Notes: generated from the letters alone by a model not told the origin. Shown: positions 8,649 to 18,345, counted from the stretch's first letter. The stretch is DNA of 45,152 nt from Candidatus Eiseniibacteriota bacterium (GCA_052390515.1 JBQTGV010000008.1:1-45152), one strand, 5' to 3'. Translations and numbers: made by a program.

Positions 8649-10863
8649 GCCCCGCACGCCGGAAGTCCACCCGCTCGCTCCCGTTCGCGCGCCGCAGACG
8701 GACCCCGCGGAGCGACAGCTCGTCGCCATCCTGGGGAACCCGAACGCCGGGAAGTCGACGCTGTTCAACCGTCTCACCGGTCTTCGCCAGAAAGTCGGCA
8801 ACTACCCGGGTGTCACCGTCGAGAAGAAGATGGGCTCGATCGTGCTGCCCTCCGGCCGCACGGTGGACGTGCTCGACCTGCCCGGGAGCTACAGCCTGCA
8901 CCCGGGCTCCCCGGACGAGATGATCGTGCGCGACGTGCTCTTCGGGCTCAACGAGGACACGCGGTCGCCCGACCTGGTCGTCTTCGTCGTCGACGCGACG
9001 CAGCTCGACCGCCATCTCTACCTCGCGCTGCAGCTCATCGAGGTCGGCCGTCCGGTCGTGCTCGCGTTGAACATGATCGACGCCGCGAAGGAAGAGGGGA
9101 TCGAGATCGACGAGGAGGAGCTGTCCCGGGCGCTCGGTGTTCCGGTCGTCTCCATCTCCGCCTCGAAGGGCATCGGCATCGGGAACCTGCGCCGGCTGAT
9201 GGACCGCGACGTCGAGCCGTCCACGCTCTCGTTCACGCGCCGGCCGCTGCCGGTGGAGCGCATGCTGCAGAACCTCTCGTCGAGGCTGCCGCGGCGGGGC
9301 CTGCTCTCCGACGCGGGTCGGCGCGACCTCGCCATGGCGCTGCTCCTGGACGACGGCGAGGACGATGCCATCGCCCGCTACGCGCCTCCCGCCGTGCTCG
9401 ACGACATCGCCATCCTGCGCCGTCGGCTGGACGTGGCGCACCCGGGGTGGCGCACCGACGACACCGCCGGGCTCTACGAGGCCATCGAGGACGTGATGCG
9501 GCGCGCGGTGCGGCACGCCGGGGAGCGTGGCCGGCGCCGGGACCGGATCGACCGGGTGCTCACGCACCGGATCTTCGGGCCCGTCCTCTTCGTGCTGCTG
9601 ATGGGCTCCATCTTCCAGTCCGTCTTCGAGTGGGCGCAGCCGGCCATGGACCTGATCGACGCCGGGATCTCGTGGCTCGGCGGCCTCGTCGGCGGTGTTC
9701 TCCCCGCTGGTCCGGTGCAGTCGCTCATCGTGGACGGGATCATCGCCGGCGTCGGGGCCACGGTCATCTTCGTGCCGCAGATCGCCGTGCTCTTCTTCTT
9801 CATCTCGGTGATGGAGGGCACGGGATACATGGCCCGGGCCGCCTTCATCATGGACCGCATCATGGGGAGGGTGGGGCTGCCCGGCCGCGCCTTCATTCCC
9901 CTGCTGTCCTCCTTCGCCTGTGCCATTCCGGGAATCATGGCGGCGCGCACCATCGACAGCCGGCGGGACCGCATCACCACGATCATGATCGCCCCGTTCA
10001 TGTCCTGCAGCGCGAGGCTCCCGGTGTACGCATTGCTCATCGGGGCGTTCGTCCCCGACGTGTGGGTTGGGTTCCTGACCTTGCCGGGGATCACGCTGTT
10101 CTCCATGTACCTGCTGGGGATCCTCGCGGCGGTGCTGGTGGCCTGGGCGCTGAAGCGCACCGCGCTCAAGGGCGGGAAGCCGCTCTACGTGATGGAGCTG
10201 CCGCCGTACCGCATGCCCTCCTTCCGCTCGATCCTCGTGACGGTGCGGGACCGCTGCGTCCTCTTCCTGCAGAAGGCGGGGACGGTGATCCTCTCCGTGT
10301 CCGTCGTGCTGTGGTTCCTGGCGTCCTATCCGAAGGGCGGCGAGGAGGTCCGCGCGCTGGAGAACCGTCTGGCCGCGGCGGAGGTCGCCGGCGACCAGGC
10401 CGCCGCGGCGGAGCTGCGCAACGACATCGCCGGGGCGACGCTCCGCGGGTCCTTCGCCGGCCGCGCCGGACGGTTCCTGGAGCCGGTCATCGAGCCGCTC
10501 GGGTTCGACTGGAAGATCGGGATTGCCCTCATCACCTCGTTCGCCGCCCGCGAGGTCATGGTGGCGACGATGGCGACGGTGTTCAACCTGGGTGACGACG
10601 AGGACGGGTTCCTCCCCCTGCGCGAGAAGATGCGCAGCGCGCACGACCCGGTGACGGGGGAGAAGCTGTACACGCCGCTCATGGCGGTGAGCCTCATGGT
10701 GTTCTTCGTGCTGGCTTGCCAGTGCATGTCCACGGTGGCGGTTGTCCGGCGGGAGACGAACGGCTGGACCTGGCCCATCGTGATGGTGGTGATCATGAAC
10801 TCGCTGGCCTACGGGGCGTCGCTGCTCGTCTATCAGGGTGGGCGGGCGCTGGGTCTCGGTTAG
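8632..10863 (+). CDS. feoB: Ferrous iron transport protein B
   Basis: GNPNAGKS, VGNYPGVTVE, DLPG and NMID G-motifs; membrane domain with PFMSCSARLPVY, MELPPY and FAAREV. Confidence 0.96.
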   Translation: MSIGSEPRTPEVHPLAPVRAPQTDPAERQLVAILGNPNAGKSTLFNRLTGLRQKVGNYPGVTVEKKMGSIVLPSGRTVDVLDLPGSYSLHPGSPDEMIVRDVLFGLNEDTRSPDLVVFVVDATQLDRHLYLALQLIEVGRPVVLALNMIDAAKEEGIEIDEEELSRALGVPVVSISASKGIGIGNLRRLMDRDVEPSTLSFTRRPLPVERMLQNLSSRLPRRGLLSDAGRRDLAMALLLDDGEDDAIARYAPPAVLDDIAILRRRLDVAHPGWRTDDTAGLYEAIEDVMRRAVRHAGERGRRRDRIDRVLTHRIFGPVLFVLLMGSIFQSVFEWAQPAMDLIDAGISWLGGLVGGVLPAGPVQSLIVDGIIAGVGATVIFVPQIAVLFFFISVMEGTGYMARAAFIMDRIMGRVGLPGRAFIPLLSSFACAIPGIMAARTIDSRRDRITTIMIAPFMSCSARLPVYALLIGAFVPDVWVGFLTLPGITLFSMYLLGILAAVLVAWALKRTALKGGKPLYVMELPPYRMPSFRSILVTVRDRCVLFLQKAGTVILSVSVVLWFLASYPKGGEEVRALENRLAAAEVAGDQAAAAELRNDIAGATLRGSFAGRAGRFLEPVIEPLGFDWKIGIALITSFAAREVMVATMATVFNLGDDEDGFLPLREKMRSAHDPVTGEKLYTPLMAVSLMVFFVLACQCMSTVAVVRRETNGWTWPIVMVVIMNSLAYGASLLVYQGGRALGLG

Positions 10864-10921
10864 GGCCACGACGCTCGGCCATCGTTCACATCTCTTTCGA
10901 GATGGAACACTAGGAGGGGCG

Positions 10922-11110
10922 ATGGGATCGACCTGGCAGCACGTGCTGGTCGCCGCGGCGGCGGTGCTCGCCGCGGGCTGGCTCGTCCGCAGCCGCCTCC
11001 GCGAGCGCAAGTCTTGCGCGGATTGCGCGCTCGTGGAGGCGATGAGCCGCGCTCCGTCCAACCCGCCGAAAGCGGACTCCTCAGGGAGCCTCGAAGAGCG
11101 CGCGCGGTAG
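10922..11110 (+). CDS. Small FeoB-associated Cys-rich membrane protein
   Basis: AGGAGG RBS; 62 aa with one N-terminal TM followed by CADC; directly after feoB. Confidence 0.7.
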   Translation: MGSTWQHVLVAAAAVLAAGWLVRSRLRERKSCADCALVEAMSRAPSNPPKADSSGSLEERAR

Positions 11111-11809
11111 GCTGTCCGGCGCTCCGATCTCCCAGTCGTCGGCTTCGCCGTGATTCGTGGCGAGGAGGATCCCACCGAAGCGCTTCCAGCCGGCCCACGG
11201 CAGGATGAAGCGAGGCTCGGCTTCGCCGGCCGTCGGATAGAAGGCCCACTGCTCGACGAGCCCGGTGTCGTCCGCCACCCAGATCTCGTAACGGTTCTCC
11301 GGCGTGAGACCCACACCGTCATCGAAAGTCAGCTCGAGCAGCTGTCCCGGGCGGCCGTCGGTGAGACTCGCGTTCCCCAGGTGGCGAAGGCGTGCGCCGG
11401 GGTCGAGCAGCTTGTACGGCATGGTCAACCAGTAGGAGTCGTTCACCCACCAGGCGTGGCCCAGCTCGAGCGCCTCCTGCCGCGCGGCGAGGTCGACGAT
11501 CTCCGCCCCGGACTCGAAGGCGCGCCCCTCCCGCGTGCGGACGTTCATCAGCACGAGCCGGCTCCCCGACTCGATGCGGACGTCGCCGCTCCAGCGGTCC
11601 CAGTGATGCTGGCGCTTCCCGAAGAAGCGCCACGTCAGGAAGCGGGTCCGCTCCCAGGCCTCCTCGCCGCCCATCCTCTCCAGCACGGACCGGGCGAGCT
11701 CGACCGCCTTCGGGTCGGACGCGGGCGCGGCATCCGGCGGCGTCTCTCCGCGAGCCGCCACGGCACCGGCCAGGACGAGTGCGGCGGCGATGCGAAGCAC
11801 GGGCTTCAC
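11081..11809 (-). CDS. Secreted hypothetical protein (start 11809 or 11800)
   Basis: GTG overlaps the prpD-like stop; signal peptide; MGGEEAW...WRFFG...WVNDSYWLTMPYKL.DPG...GLTPENRY looks like a conserved uncharacterised family. Confidence 0.75.
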   Translation of the reverse strand: MKPVLRIAAALVLAGAVAARGETPPDAAPASDPKAVELARSVLERMGGEEAWERTRFLTWRFFGKRQHHWDRWSGDVRIESGSRLVLMNVRTREGRAFESGAEIVDLAARQEALELGHAWWVNDSYWLTMPYKLLDPGARLRHLGNASLTDGRPGQLLELTFDDGVGLTPENRYEIWVADDTGLVEQWAFYPTAGEAEPRFILPWAGWKRFGGILLATNHGEADDWEIGAPDSLPRALFEAP

Positions 11810-13191
11810 CTCCGCCCACCGGCGTCGGAGACGAACGTCTCCATGAGGGCGCGCAGGCTCCTCGCCTTCTCCGCGGTGCGGATGGCGTCCTTCACGCGGC
11901 GCCTGGCGGCCGCCGAGAGCACGCCGTCCGTCAGCGCGTCGAACTTGTTCTCCATCTGCTCCGGTGACATCGGATTCCGCGGATCGCCCATGGGGTAGTC
12001 CATGCGGTCCGAATGCTCCTGGCCGTCCTTCGTCCGGATGGTCACCCGGCACGGCTGCAGCCGGGGGAAGAGCGACTCGAACTCGGGCTCCTGCACGACG
12101 CGGATCTTGTTCATCAGGGGGCGAAGCGCGGGATCGAGGATCCGCTCCTGCTTGAACTGCTTCGTCGTCACCATTCCGTCGGCGACGGCCACCGCGATGC
12201 AGTAGGGAAGCGAGTGATCCGCCGTCTCCTTGGTCCGCGGATCGTACTTGCTCGGATCGGACAGGATCTCTGCGGCCCGACGGATCGTCTGGATCCGGAT
12301 CTCCTCGACGTTTCCGGCGTTCAGCTGGTGGCGCTCCCGCAGCGCGAGCACGACGGTGAGCGGCGTGTGGATCAGTGCCTCCACCGGCGCCCCCTTCATC
12401 GAGCACGACAGAATCCGCCAGGAGTCGCCGAGCCCCTCGGTCACGATCTCCCACTTCCACTCCTCGGAGATGCAGTGGCCGAGCCCCTCGCGACCCTCGA
12501 AGATGGGCTCGGGGCCCTCGTATCCTTTGCCGGCCAGCAGGGCGCCTTCCACGCCGGAGCGCGTGGCCATCGGATCCACCGTGTTCTTCATGTTGGTGAG
12601 CTTGCCGGCGGTGACCGAGCCGAACGTCGCCGAGTGCGACGCGGAGATGCCCACCGCACGGATCGTGCGCTCCACGTCCAGCCCGAGCATCTTCGCCGCC
12701 ACGAAGGGGGAGGCGAAGGCGGTCAGCGTGGCGTGGTGCCAGCCGACCTCGCGGATCCCCGGAAAGGCCGCCTCGCACAGGCGCATCTCGATCTCGTGCC
12801 CGAGCACGATCCCGAGGATGAGATCCCGCCCGGCCCTGCCGGCCAGCTCGCCCAGCGCCATGGCCGCGGGCATGATGTCCGAGGGGTGGCTGGGATCCTG
12901 CTTCCAGTAGATGTCGTTGAAGTCCAGCGCCCGGATCATGAGGGAGTTCAGGAACGACGCGTCGATCGCGGAGACCTTGTCCCCGAAACCGATGAGCGTC
13001 GCCTGCGGGTTCCCGCCGGACTCGCGGACCAGCTCCGTGGCGATGCGCACGTCGTCGCTGCCGAAGCCGCCGAACGCGCAGCCGACGGAATCGAAGAGGA
13101 AGCTCTTGGCGCATTCGACCACCTCGGGGGGGAGGTCGTCGTAGGACAGCTTCACCGACCATTCGGCCAGACGGCGGCTCACGGAGCTCAC
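11806..13191 (-). CDS. prpD: MmgE/PrpD family protein (2-methylcitrate dehydratase-like)
   Basis: RALDFNDIY...SHPSD, GWHHAT, GKLTNMK, KETADHSLPY and GDPRNPM motifs; GGAGG RBS before GTG. Confidence 0.85.
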   Translation of the reverse strand: MSSVSRRLAEWSVKLSYDDLPPEVVECAKSFLFDSVGCAFGGFGSDDVRIATELVRESGGNPQATLIGFGDKVSAIDASFLNSLMIRALDFNDIYWKQDPSHPSDIMPAAMALGELAGRAGRDLILGIVLGHEIEMRLCEAAFPGIREVGWHHATLTAFASPFVAAKMLGLDVERTIRAVGISASHSATFGSVTAGKLTNMKNTVDPMATRSGVEGALLAGKGYEGPEPIFEGREGLGHCISEEWKWEIVTEGLGDSWRILSCSMKGAPVEALIHTPLTVVLALRERHQLNAGNVEEIRIQTIRRAAEILSDPSKYDPRTKETADHSLPYCIAVAVADGMVTTKQFKQERILDPALRPLMNKIRVVQEPEFESLFPRLQPCRVTIRTKDGQEHSDRMDYPMGDPRNPMSPEQMENKFDALTDGVLSAAARRRVKDAIRTAEKARSLRALMETFVSDAGGRR

Positions 13192-13219
13192 GGATTCCTC
13201 CAGGAACGTCGGGTCGACG

Positions 13220-14485
13220 TCAGATCACGGCGCCGGGCGGCACCGCGTAGTTCTTCGGGATGATGACGACCCCGTCCCGCACCACGTAGAAGGGCTCGTC
13301 CTCGTTCGTGCCGGCCGGCTTCGGAGTGATGCGCACGCCGTCGCCGATGCGGGCGTTCTTGTCGATGATGGCGCCGTCGATGTCGCAGCCGCGGCCGATG
13401 CCCAGCGGCGGCTCTCCCGGCTGCCTGGCGAGGTCTCCCTCGTATCCGTCCGCGCCCATCATCACCGTGCGGCGCACGCGCGCCTCGGGGCTGATCACGG
13501 AGCGCACTCCGATGATGGACTCGGTGATCTCGCGGCCGAGGATGTAGCAGCCGTCGGCGACGAGGGCGTGACTCACCTCGCAGGTCTCGATACGGCTCGC
13601 CCCGAGGAACCGGGGCTCGGTGTAGGTCGGCGCGCCGTGCATGTGGAACACGAACGGAGGATCCGGACGGGTCAGCGCGAGGCTGGCCTCGTAGTACGCG
13701 CGAAGGGTCCCGATGTCCTCCCAGTAGCCGCGGAACAGGAACGAGCGCACGTCGGAGGTGCGCACCGCGGCGGGCATCAGGTCCTTGCCGAAGTCGGTGT
13801 GCTCGGTGTTCTCCAGGTACCGGCAGAGCGCGTCGAAGCGGAAGACGTAGATGCCCATCGAGGCGGCATACCGAGGTCCTCGCTCCTCCGCCTCCTGCAG
13901 GTTCTGGGGCAGCTCGAACCCGAGGAGCTCCCCGGGGTGCTGCGGCTTCTCCAGGAAGGCGCGGACCCGGCGCTCGCTGTCCATCTGCAGGATGCCGAGC
14001 CCGGCGGTGCGTTCCGCAGGCACCGGCTTCGCCGCGATCGTGACCGTGGCCCCGGCGTCGCGGTGCTGGCGGATCATCGGCCCGAAGTCCATGCGGTAGA
14101 GCTGGTCGCCGGAGAGGATCAGCACGTCGCGGGGGACGAACGGCTTGATGTGCACGAGGGACCGTCGCACGGCGTCCGCCGTTCCCTGGAACCAGTCGGC
14201 GCTGCCGGTGGTCTGCTCCGCGGCGAGGATGCGCACGAACCCGCCGGAGAAGAGATCGAAGCGGTACGTTCGCTGGATGTGCGTGTTCAGCGACGCCGAG
14301 TTGAACTGCGTGATCACGAAGATCTTGCGGATCCGCGAGTTCAGGCTGTTGGAGATGGGGATGTCGACGAGCCGGAACTTGCCGCCCACCGGGACGGCCG
14401 GCTTGGAACGGTAGCGCGTCAGCGGGTCGAGCCGGGCTCCACGACCGCCGCCCAGGACCAGACACATGACGTCGTTCCGGCGCAT
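13220..14485 (-). CDS. glgC: Glucose-1-phosphate adenylyltransferase
   Basis: LGGGRGARLDPLT..RSKPAVP, TQFNSASL, WFQGTADAV, ILSGDQLYRMD, EKP, ASMGIY, DFGKD and YWEDIGT motifs. Confidence 0.95.
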   Translation of the reverse strand: MRRNDVMCLVLGGGRGARLDPLTRYRSKPAVPVGGKFRLVDIPISNSLNSRIRKIFVITQFNSASLNTHIQRTYRFDLFSGGFVRILAAEQTTGSADWFQGTADAVRRSLVHIKPFVPRDVLILSGDQLYRMDFGPMIRQHRDAGATVTIAAKPVPAERTAGLGILQMDSERRVRAFLEKPQHPGELLGFELPQNLQEAEERGPRYAASMGIYVFRFDALCRYLENTEHTDFGKDLMPAAVRTSDVRSFLFRGYWEDIGTLRAYYEASLALTRPDPPFVFHMHGAPTYTEPRFLGASRIETCEVSHALVADGCYILGREITESIIGVRSVISPEARVRRTVMMGADGYEGDLARQPGEPPLGIGRGCDIDGAIIDKNARIGDGVRITPKPAGTNEDEPFYVVRDGVVIIPKNYAVPPGAVI

Positions 14486-14566
14486 GGCGGCATCGTAGCA
14501 GTCCGGCCTGTGACCCGCCACGGAAGTCGGGCGGTGGCGTGGTTCGACTGCACTACCGAAGTCGGG

Positions 14567-15337
14567 TCAGGCCAGCCCCTCGAGGAGGTCCGTCTCCTTC
14601 GCGGCCCCGTGAGGGTGCGAGGGGAACAGGCGCACGAAGTACTCTTCGCGGAAGGCGCCGGCCTCGTGCAGCTGCCGGAACGGCGGGCCGTCTCCCTGGG
14701 ACGCGTGCGCCTCGACCGCCTCCCACTTCACGCCGGCGGTGGCGGCGGTGTCGATGATCGTGGTGATTTCCGCCGGCGGCGCGGCGTACAAGCGCCTCGG
14801 CCATTCCTTCCAATACGGTGCCGCGCGGTTGGGGACCCACGCGTAGAGCCGCGCCGGCCGGTGCGGCTCCGGGGTCGCCGCACCGTCGCGATACCAGTCC
14901 GAGTCCCCGCTCCCGAGGACCGCCCCGATCGTGGCGAGGGTGAGCGCGCGATGATCGGGGTGATAGGAGATCCCCGAGGGGTGGAAGGTGATCACCACGT
15001 CGGGCCGCACCCGCCGAAGCCACCCGACGACGGCTTCCTCCATCTCGAGCACGTCGCGCTCGCGGAGCCTGCCGTCCTCCCAGCCCAGGAAACCGAGGTG
15101 CTCTGCCCCGAGGATCGCCGTGGCGCGGCGCGTCTCCTCCCGGCGGATGCGTCGCAGCTCGGCGCGCCCGGCCTCGTCGGGCGGGCGCTCCCGGAACAGG
15201 CGGCCCGCGCCGCCCTCGGTCGCGGTCACCACCGCCACGCGATGACCGAGCCGCGCGTACTTGGCGAGCGTCGCTCCCGGACCCATGGACTCGTCGTCGG
15301 GGTGCGCGAACACCCCGAGGATCGTGCGCAACGTCAA
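14567..15337 (-). CDS. PIG-L family deacetylase (MshB/BshB-like)
   Basis: VFAHPDDE, ATEGGAG, YHPDH and AHASQ motifs; TTG start overlaps the fbp stop. Confidence 0.87.
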   Translation of the reverse strand: MTLRTILGVFAHPDDESMGPGATLAKYARLGHRVAVVTATEGGAGRLFRERPPDEAGRAELRRIRREETRRATAILGAEHLGFLGWEDGRLRERDVLEMEEAVVGWLRRVRPDVVITFHPSGISYHPDHRALTLATIGAVLGSGDSDWYRDGAATPEPHRPARLYAWVPNRAAPYWKEWPRRLYAAPPAEITTIIDTAATAGVKWEAVEAHASQGDGPPFRQLHEAGAFREEYFVRLFPSHPHGAAKETDLLEGLA

Positions 15338-16368
15338 CGCGGCTCCGCCGCCTCCCGATGGAACGAGTCCGCGAAGTCCACGTCCTCGGGGCTCCCGATG
15401 AACAGCGGCACGCGCTGGTGCAGCGTCTGCGGCGCGATCTGCAGGATCCGCCGGGTTCCGTCGCTGGCCTTGCCGCCAGCGCTCTCCGCGATCATCGCCA
15501 TGGGCGCCGCCTCGTACAGGAGCCGGAGCTTGCCCTTCGGGTTCTTCGGGTCCTTGTGGTCGAGGGGGTAGGCGAAGATCCCGCCCTTGAAGAGCGTTCG
15601 GTGGAAGTCCGCCACGAGGGACCCGATGTAGCGGAGCGAGTGCGGCTTGCCCGAAGGATTCCGATCGGTCTTGAGTTCGCGCACCCAGTTCTGCGTGCCG
15701 CTCGCCCAGTAGGGGTAATTGCCCTCGTTCACACTGTAGATCGCGCCGCGCGACGGCATGCGGATGTCGTGGTGGGAGAGGAGAAACTCGCCGACCGACG
15801 GGTCCAGAGTGAAACCGTGCACGCCGCGGCCGACGGTGTAGACCAGCATGGTGCTCGACCCGTAGATGACGTAGCCGGCGGCCAGCTGATTCGTTCCCGG
15901 CTGGAGCACGTCCTCCTGCGTTCCCTGCGAGCCCGCCGACACTCTCTTGTGGATGGACCAGATGGTGCCGATCGAGACGTTCACGTCGATGTTCGACGAG
16001 CCGTCCAGCGGGTCGAGCGCGACGGCGTACTTGCCGGGACGGTGTTCCGACTCGCCGTTCGTGTGGATGAGATCCTCGTTCTCCTCCGAGGCGATCACAG
16101 AGATGTACGAGTCCCGGGAGAGCGAATCGATGAACTGGTGATTCGCGTACTCGTCGAGCTTCTGGACTTCTTCGCCCTGCACGTTGGTCGCGCCGGCGGA
16201 ACCGAGGATCTCCTTGAGCAGGCCGGCCTTGTTCACCTCGCGGCTCACGATCTTCGCCGCGAGGACGATGCGCGTCAGGATCTCGGAGAATTCGCCCGTG
16301 GCGCGCGGGTACTGCCGCTGCTCGCCGAAGATGAACTGGTTGCAGGTCATCCCGGGGCGGATGGACAT
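15334..16368 (-). CDS. fbp: Class 1 fructose-1,6-bisphosphatase
   Basis: NVQGEEVQKLD, SEE, DPLDGSSNIDVN, RYIGSLVADFHRTL and GKLRLLYEA motifs. Confidence 0.97.
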   Translation of the reverse strand: MSIRPGMTCNQFIFGEQRQYPRATGEFSEILTRIVLAAKIVSREVNKAGLLKEILGSAGATNVQGEEVQKLDEYANHQFIDSLSRDSYISVIASEENEDLIHTNGESEHRPGKYAVALDPLDGSSNIDVNVSIGTIWSIHKRVSAGSQGTQEDVLQPGTNQLAAGYVIYGSSTMLVYTVGRGVHGFTLDPSVGEFLLSHHDIRMPSRGAIYSVNEGNYPYWASGTQNWVRELKTDRNPSGKPHSLRYIGSLVADFHRTLFKGGIFAYPLDHKDPKNPKGKLRLLYEAAPMAMIAESAGGKASDGTRRILQIAPQTLHQRVPLFIGSPEDVDFADSFHREAAEPR

Positions 16369-16447
16369 CGGCGGAACTCCGGAGGCTCGGCGGCAGGATC
16401 ACGCGCCGACGATCGATCCTAGCGCCTCCCGGCGGCTGGGGCCAGTC

Positions 16448-17098
16448 CTACACCCGGTCGGCGCTCGGGCACAGGTCGCGGACCGCACAGCCCGGACAGT
16501 AGGGTTTCCGCGCCTTGCAGGTGCGGCGGCCGTGCAGGATCAGCAGGTGCGAGGCCAGCGTCCACCAGCGCTTGGGAAAGAGCCCGGCCAGGTCGGTCTC
16601 GATCTTGACCGGGTCGGTCTCCCGCGTGAACCCGAGGCGCGCCGAGAGCCGCTTCACGTGCGTGTCGACGACGACACCCGGAATCCCGAACGCGTTCCCG
16701 AGCACCACGTTCGCGGTCTTCCGCCCGACGCCGCGCAGCTCGATGAGCTCGTCCATCGTCCGGGGAACCTCGCCCCCGTACCTGGCCACGATGTCCTGGC
16801 TCATCTCCGCCAGGGCGCGCGCCTTCATGCGGAAGAATCCGGTGCTCTTCACGTCCTGCTCGAGCTCGGCGAGCTTCGCGTGGGCGAAGGCGCGCACGTC
16901 CGGGTACTTGCGGAAGAGATCCTTCGTCACCAGGTTGACGCGCGCGTCGGTGCACTGCGCCGAGAGGATCGTGGCCACGAGGAGCTGGTGCGGGGTCTCG
17001 TGCTCGAGCGCGCACTTCGCGTCGGGGAACTCGCGGCGAAGACGCTTCAGGACGGCGAGCGCGGTGTCGGGGTCGGCGCGTTTCGTGCGGCGGGTCAC
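16448..17098 (-). CDS. nth: Endonuclease III (start GTG 17098 inferred)
   Basis: LLVATILSAQCTD, HhH LRGVGRKTANV, VDTHV and [4Fe-4S] motif CKARKPYCPGCAVRDLC. Confidence 0.95.
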   Translation of the reverse strand: MTRRTKRADPDTALAVLKRLRREFPDAKCALEHETPHQLLVATILSAQCTDARVNLVTKDLFRKYPDVRAFAHAKLAELEQDVKSTGFFRMKARALAEMSQDIVARYGGEVPRTMDELIELRGVGRKTANVVLGNAFGIPGVVVDTHVKRLSARLGFTRETDPVKIETDLAGLFPKRWWTLASHLLILHGRRTCKARKPYCPGCAVRDLCPSADRV

Positions 17099-17111
17099 GT
17101 CGGGGACGTGA

Positions 17112-17564
17112 CTACTTCGGCTTCGGAAGGAACTCGTCGAAGCGCGCCTTGACCAGCCCCCACGTCGAGGAGACCGTTCCCGGGACGTCGAGACTCGTGG
17201 AGACGCGCACCACTCCGGACATCCCGTCGAACTCGTGCGGTGGACTGAAGAACTCGTAGTCCCCGGTCTCGCCGAACGTGCGTTCGAAGAACTCGTTCGC
17301 GTGCAGCGTTCCGGAGATCCAGAGCGCGCCCGCCATCGGGTCGGCGCTCCCCGTGCCGCTGGTGACCGCATGGTCCAGGCCGAAAGGATCGACGTTCACC
17401 CAGCGCACCGTGTCTCCCGGACGGACCGAGATCTCGGCGGGGACGAAGCGCGGCTCGAAGTTCACCGTGGTCATCTGCACGACGTGCAGGTCGCCGGCGG
17501 CAACCGGGCCGGCCGCCACGGTGAGAGCGAAGAGGAGAGCGTGCGCGAAGCGGGGCGAAGCCAT
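17112..17564 (-). CDS. Secreted plastocyanin/cupredoxin-like protein with C-terminal STWGLVK tail
   Basis: Signal peptide; FVPAEISVRPGDTVRWVN, HAVTS and GDYEFFSPPH...GMSGVVRV; GGAGG RBS. Confidence 0.8.
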   Translation of the reverse strand: MASPRFAHALLFALTVAAGPVAAGDLHVVQMTTVNFEPRFVPAEISVRPGDTVRWVNVDPFGLDHAVTSGTGSADPMAGALWISGTLHANEFFERTFGETGDYEFFSPPHEFDGMSGVVRVSTSLDVPGTVSSTWGLVKARFDEFLPKPK

Positions 17565-17594
17565 TCGGGCCCTCCAGACGACGCTCCGACTTTA

Positions 17595-18287
17595 TCAAAG
17601 GTCCCCGGGTGGGTCCAGCCCCAGCACCTCCCGGGCGCGGGAACTCTCCAGGCTGGGCACGACCCAGTGAGCGCCCTCCGCCGCCAGCGTCGCCTCCGAG
17701 GCGTTCCCGGTCGCCACCGCGAGACACTCTGCGCCGGCCGCCAGGGCGCAGCGCACGTCGTGCACGGTGTCCCCGACCAGGAGGACCGGCGCGTCCGCGC
17801 CGGCGGCCCGCCTGCCCCGCTCGACGGCGAGCCGGGTGAGCTCGACCCGGCTCTCCGAGTCGGAGCCGAAGCCCCCGAAGGCGAAGTAGCCATGCAGGCC
17901 GCCGCGCTGGAGCTTCGCCCTGGCTGCCGGCTCGAAGTTGCCGGTGGCCAGCCCGAGCGCCACGTCCTCCCTCCGCGCGAGGCCCTCGACCGCCTCGCGG
18001 GCGCCGGGCAGGACGCGGAACCGCGATCCGGTGCCGGCCAGCACCTCGGGCAGCGCTTCCATGTAAAGGCCGGTGAGGTCGGTCATCTCGTCGTCGGCCA
18101 GGTCCCGGGCCAGGCGAGACCTGGCGATTCCCCGGAGGATCGCGGGATCGGTCAAGCCGTGCACCTCGATCCCCGAGGCCGCGTCCCGCAGGCCGTAGCG
18201 CGAGCGGAAGGCGCGGCTCAGAGCTTCGAGTCCGGCGCCGCCCGAGAGCAGCAGCGTGCCGTCGATGTCGAAGAGGATGATGCGCAC
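17595..18287 (-). CDS. HAD-superfamily hydrolase
   Basis: LFDIDGTL, ATGN, GGFGSD and VGDTVHD motifs. Confidence 0.9.
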   Translation of the reverse strand: MRIILFDIDGTLLLSGGAGLEALSRAFRSRYGLRDAASGIEVHGLTDPAILRGIARSRLARDLADDEMTDLTGLYMEALPEVLAGTGSRFRVLPGAREAVEGLARREDVALGLATGNFEPAARAKLQRGGLHGYFAFGGFGSDSESRVELTRLAVERGRRAAGADAPVLLVGDTVHDVRCALAAGAECLAVATGNASEATLAAEGAHWVVPSLESSRAREVLGLDPPGDL

Positions 18288-18345
18288 TCGCGGGACGATG
18301 CCAGCGCGGCGCCGGCCCGGTCAACGCCGCGCGGCGGGGAATCGC

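Noticed and set aside
7813-11322. 1169-aa minus-strand ORF, and similar long shadows (1932-3725, 13568-15571, 26625-29081, 34318-36828, 42732-44843)
   Set aside because: They are antisense to well-supported genes and have no motifs. Long stop-free antisense frames are expected at this GC content.
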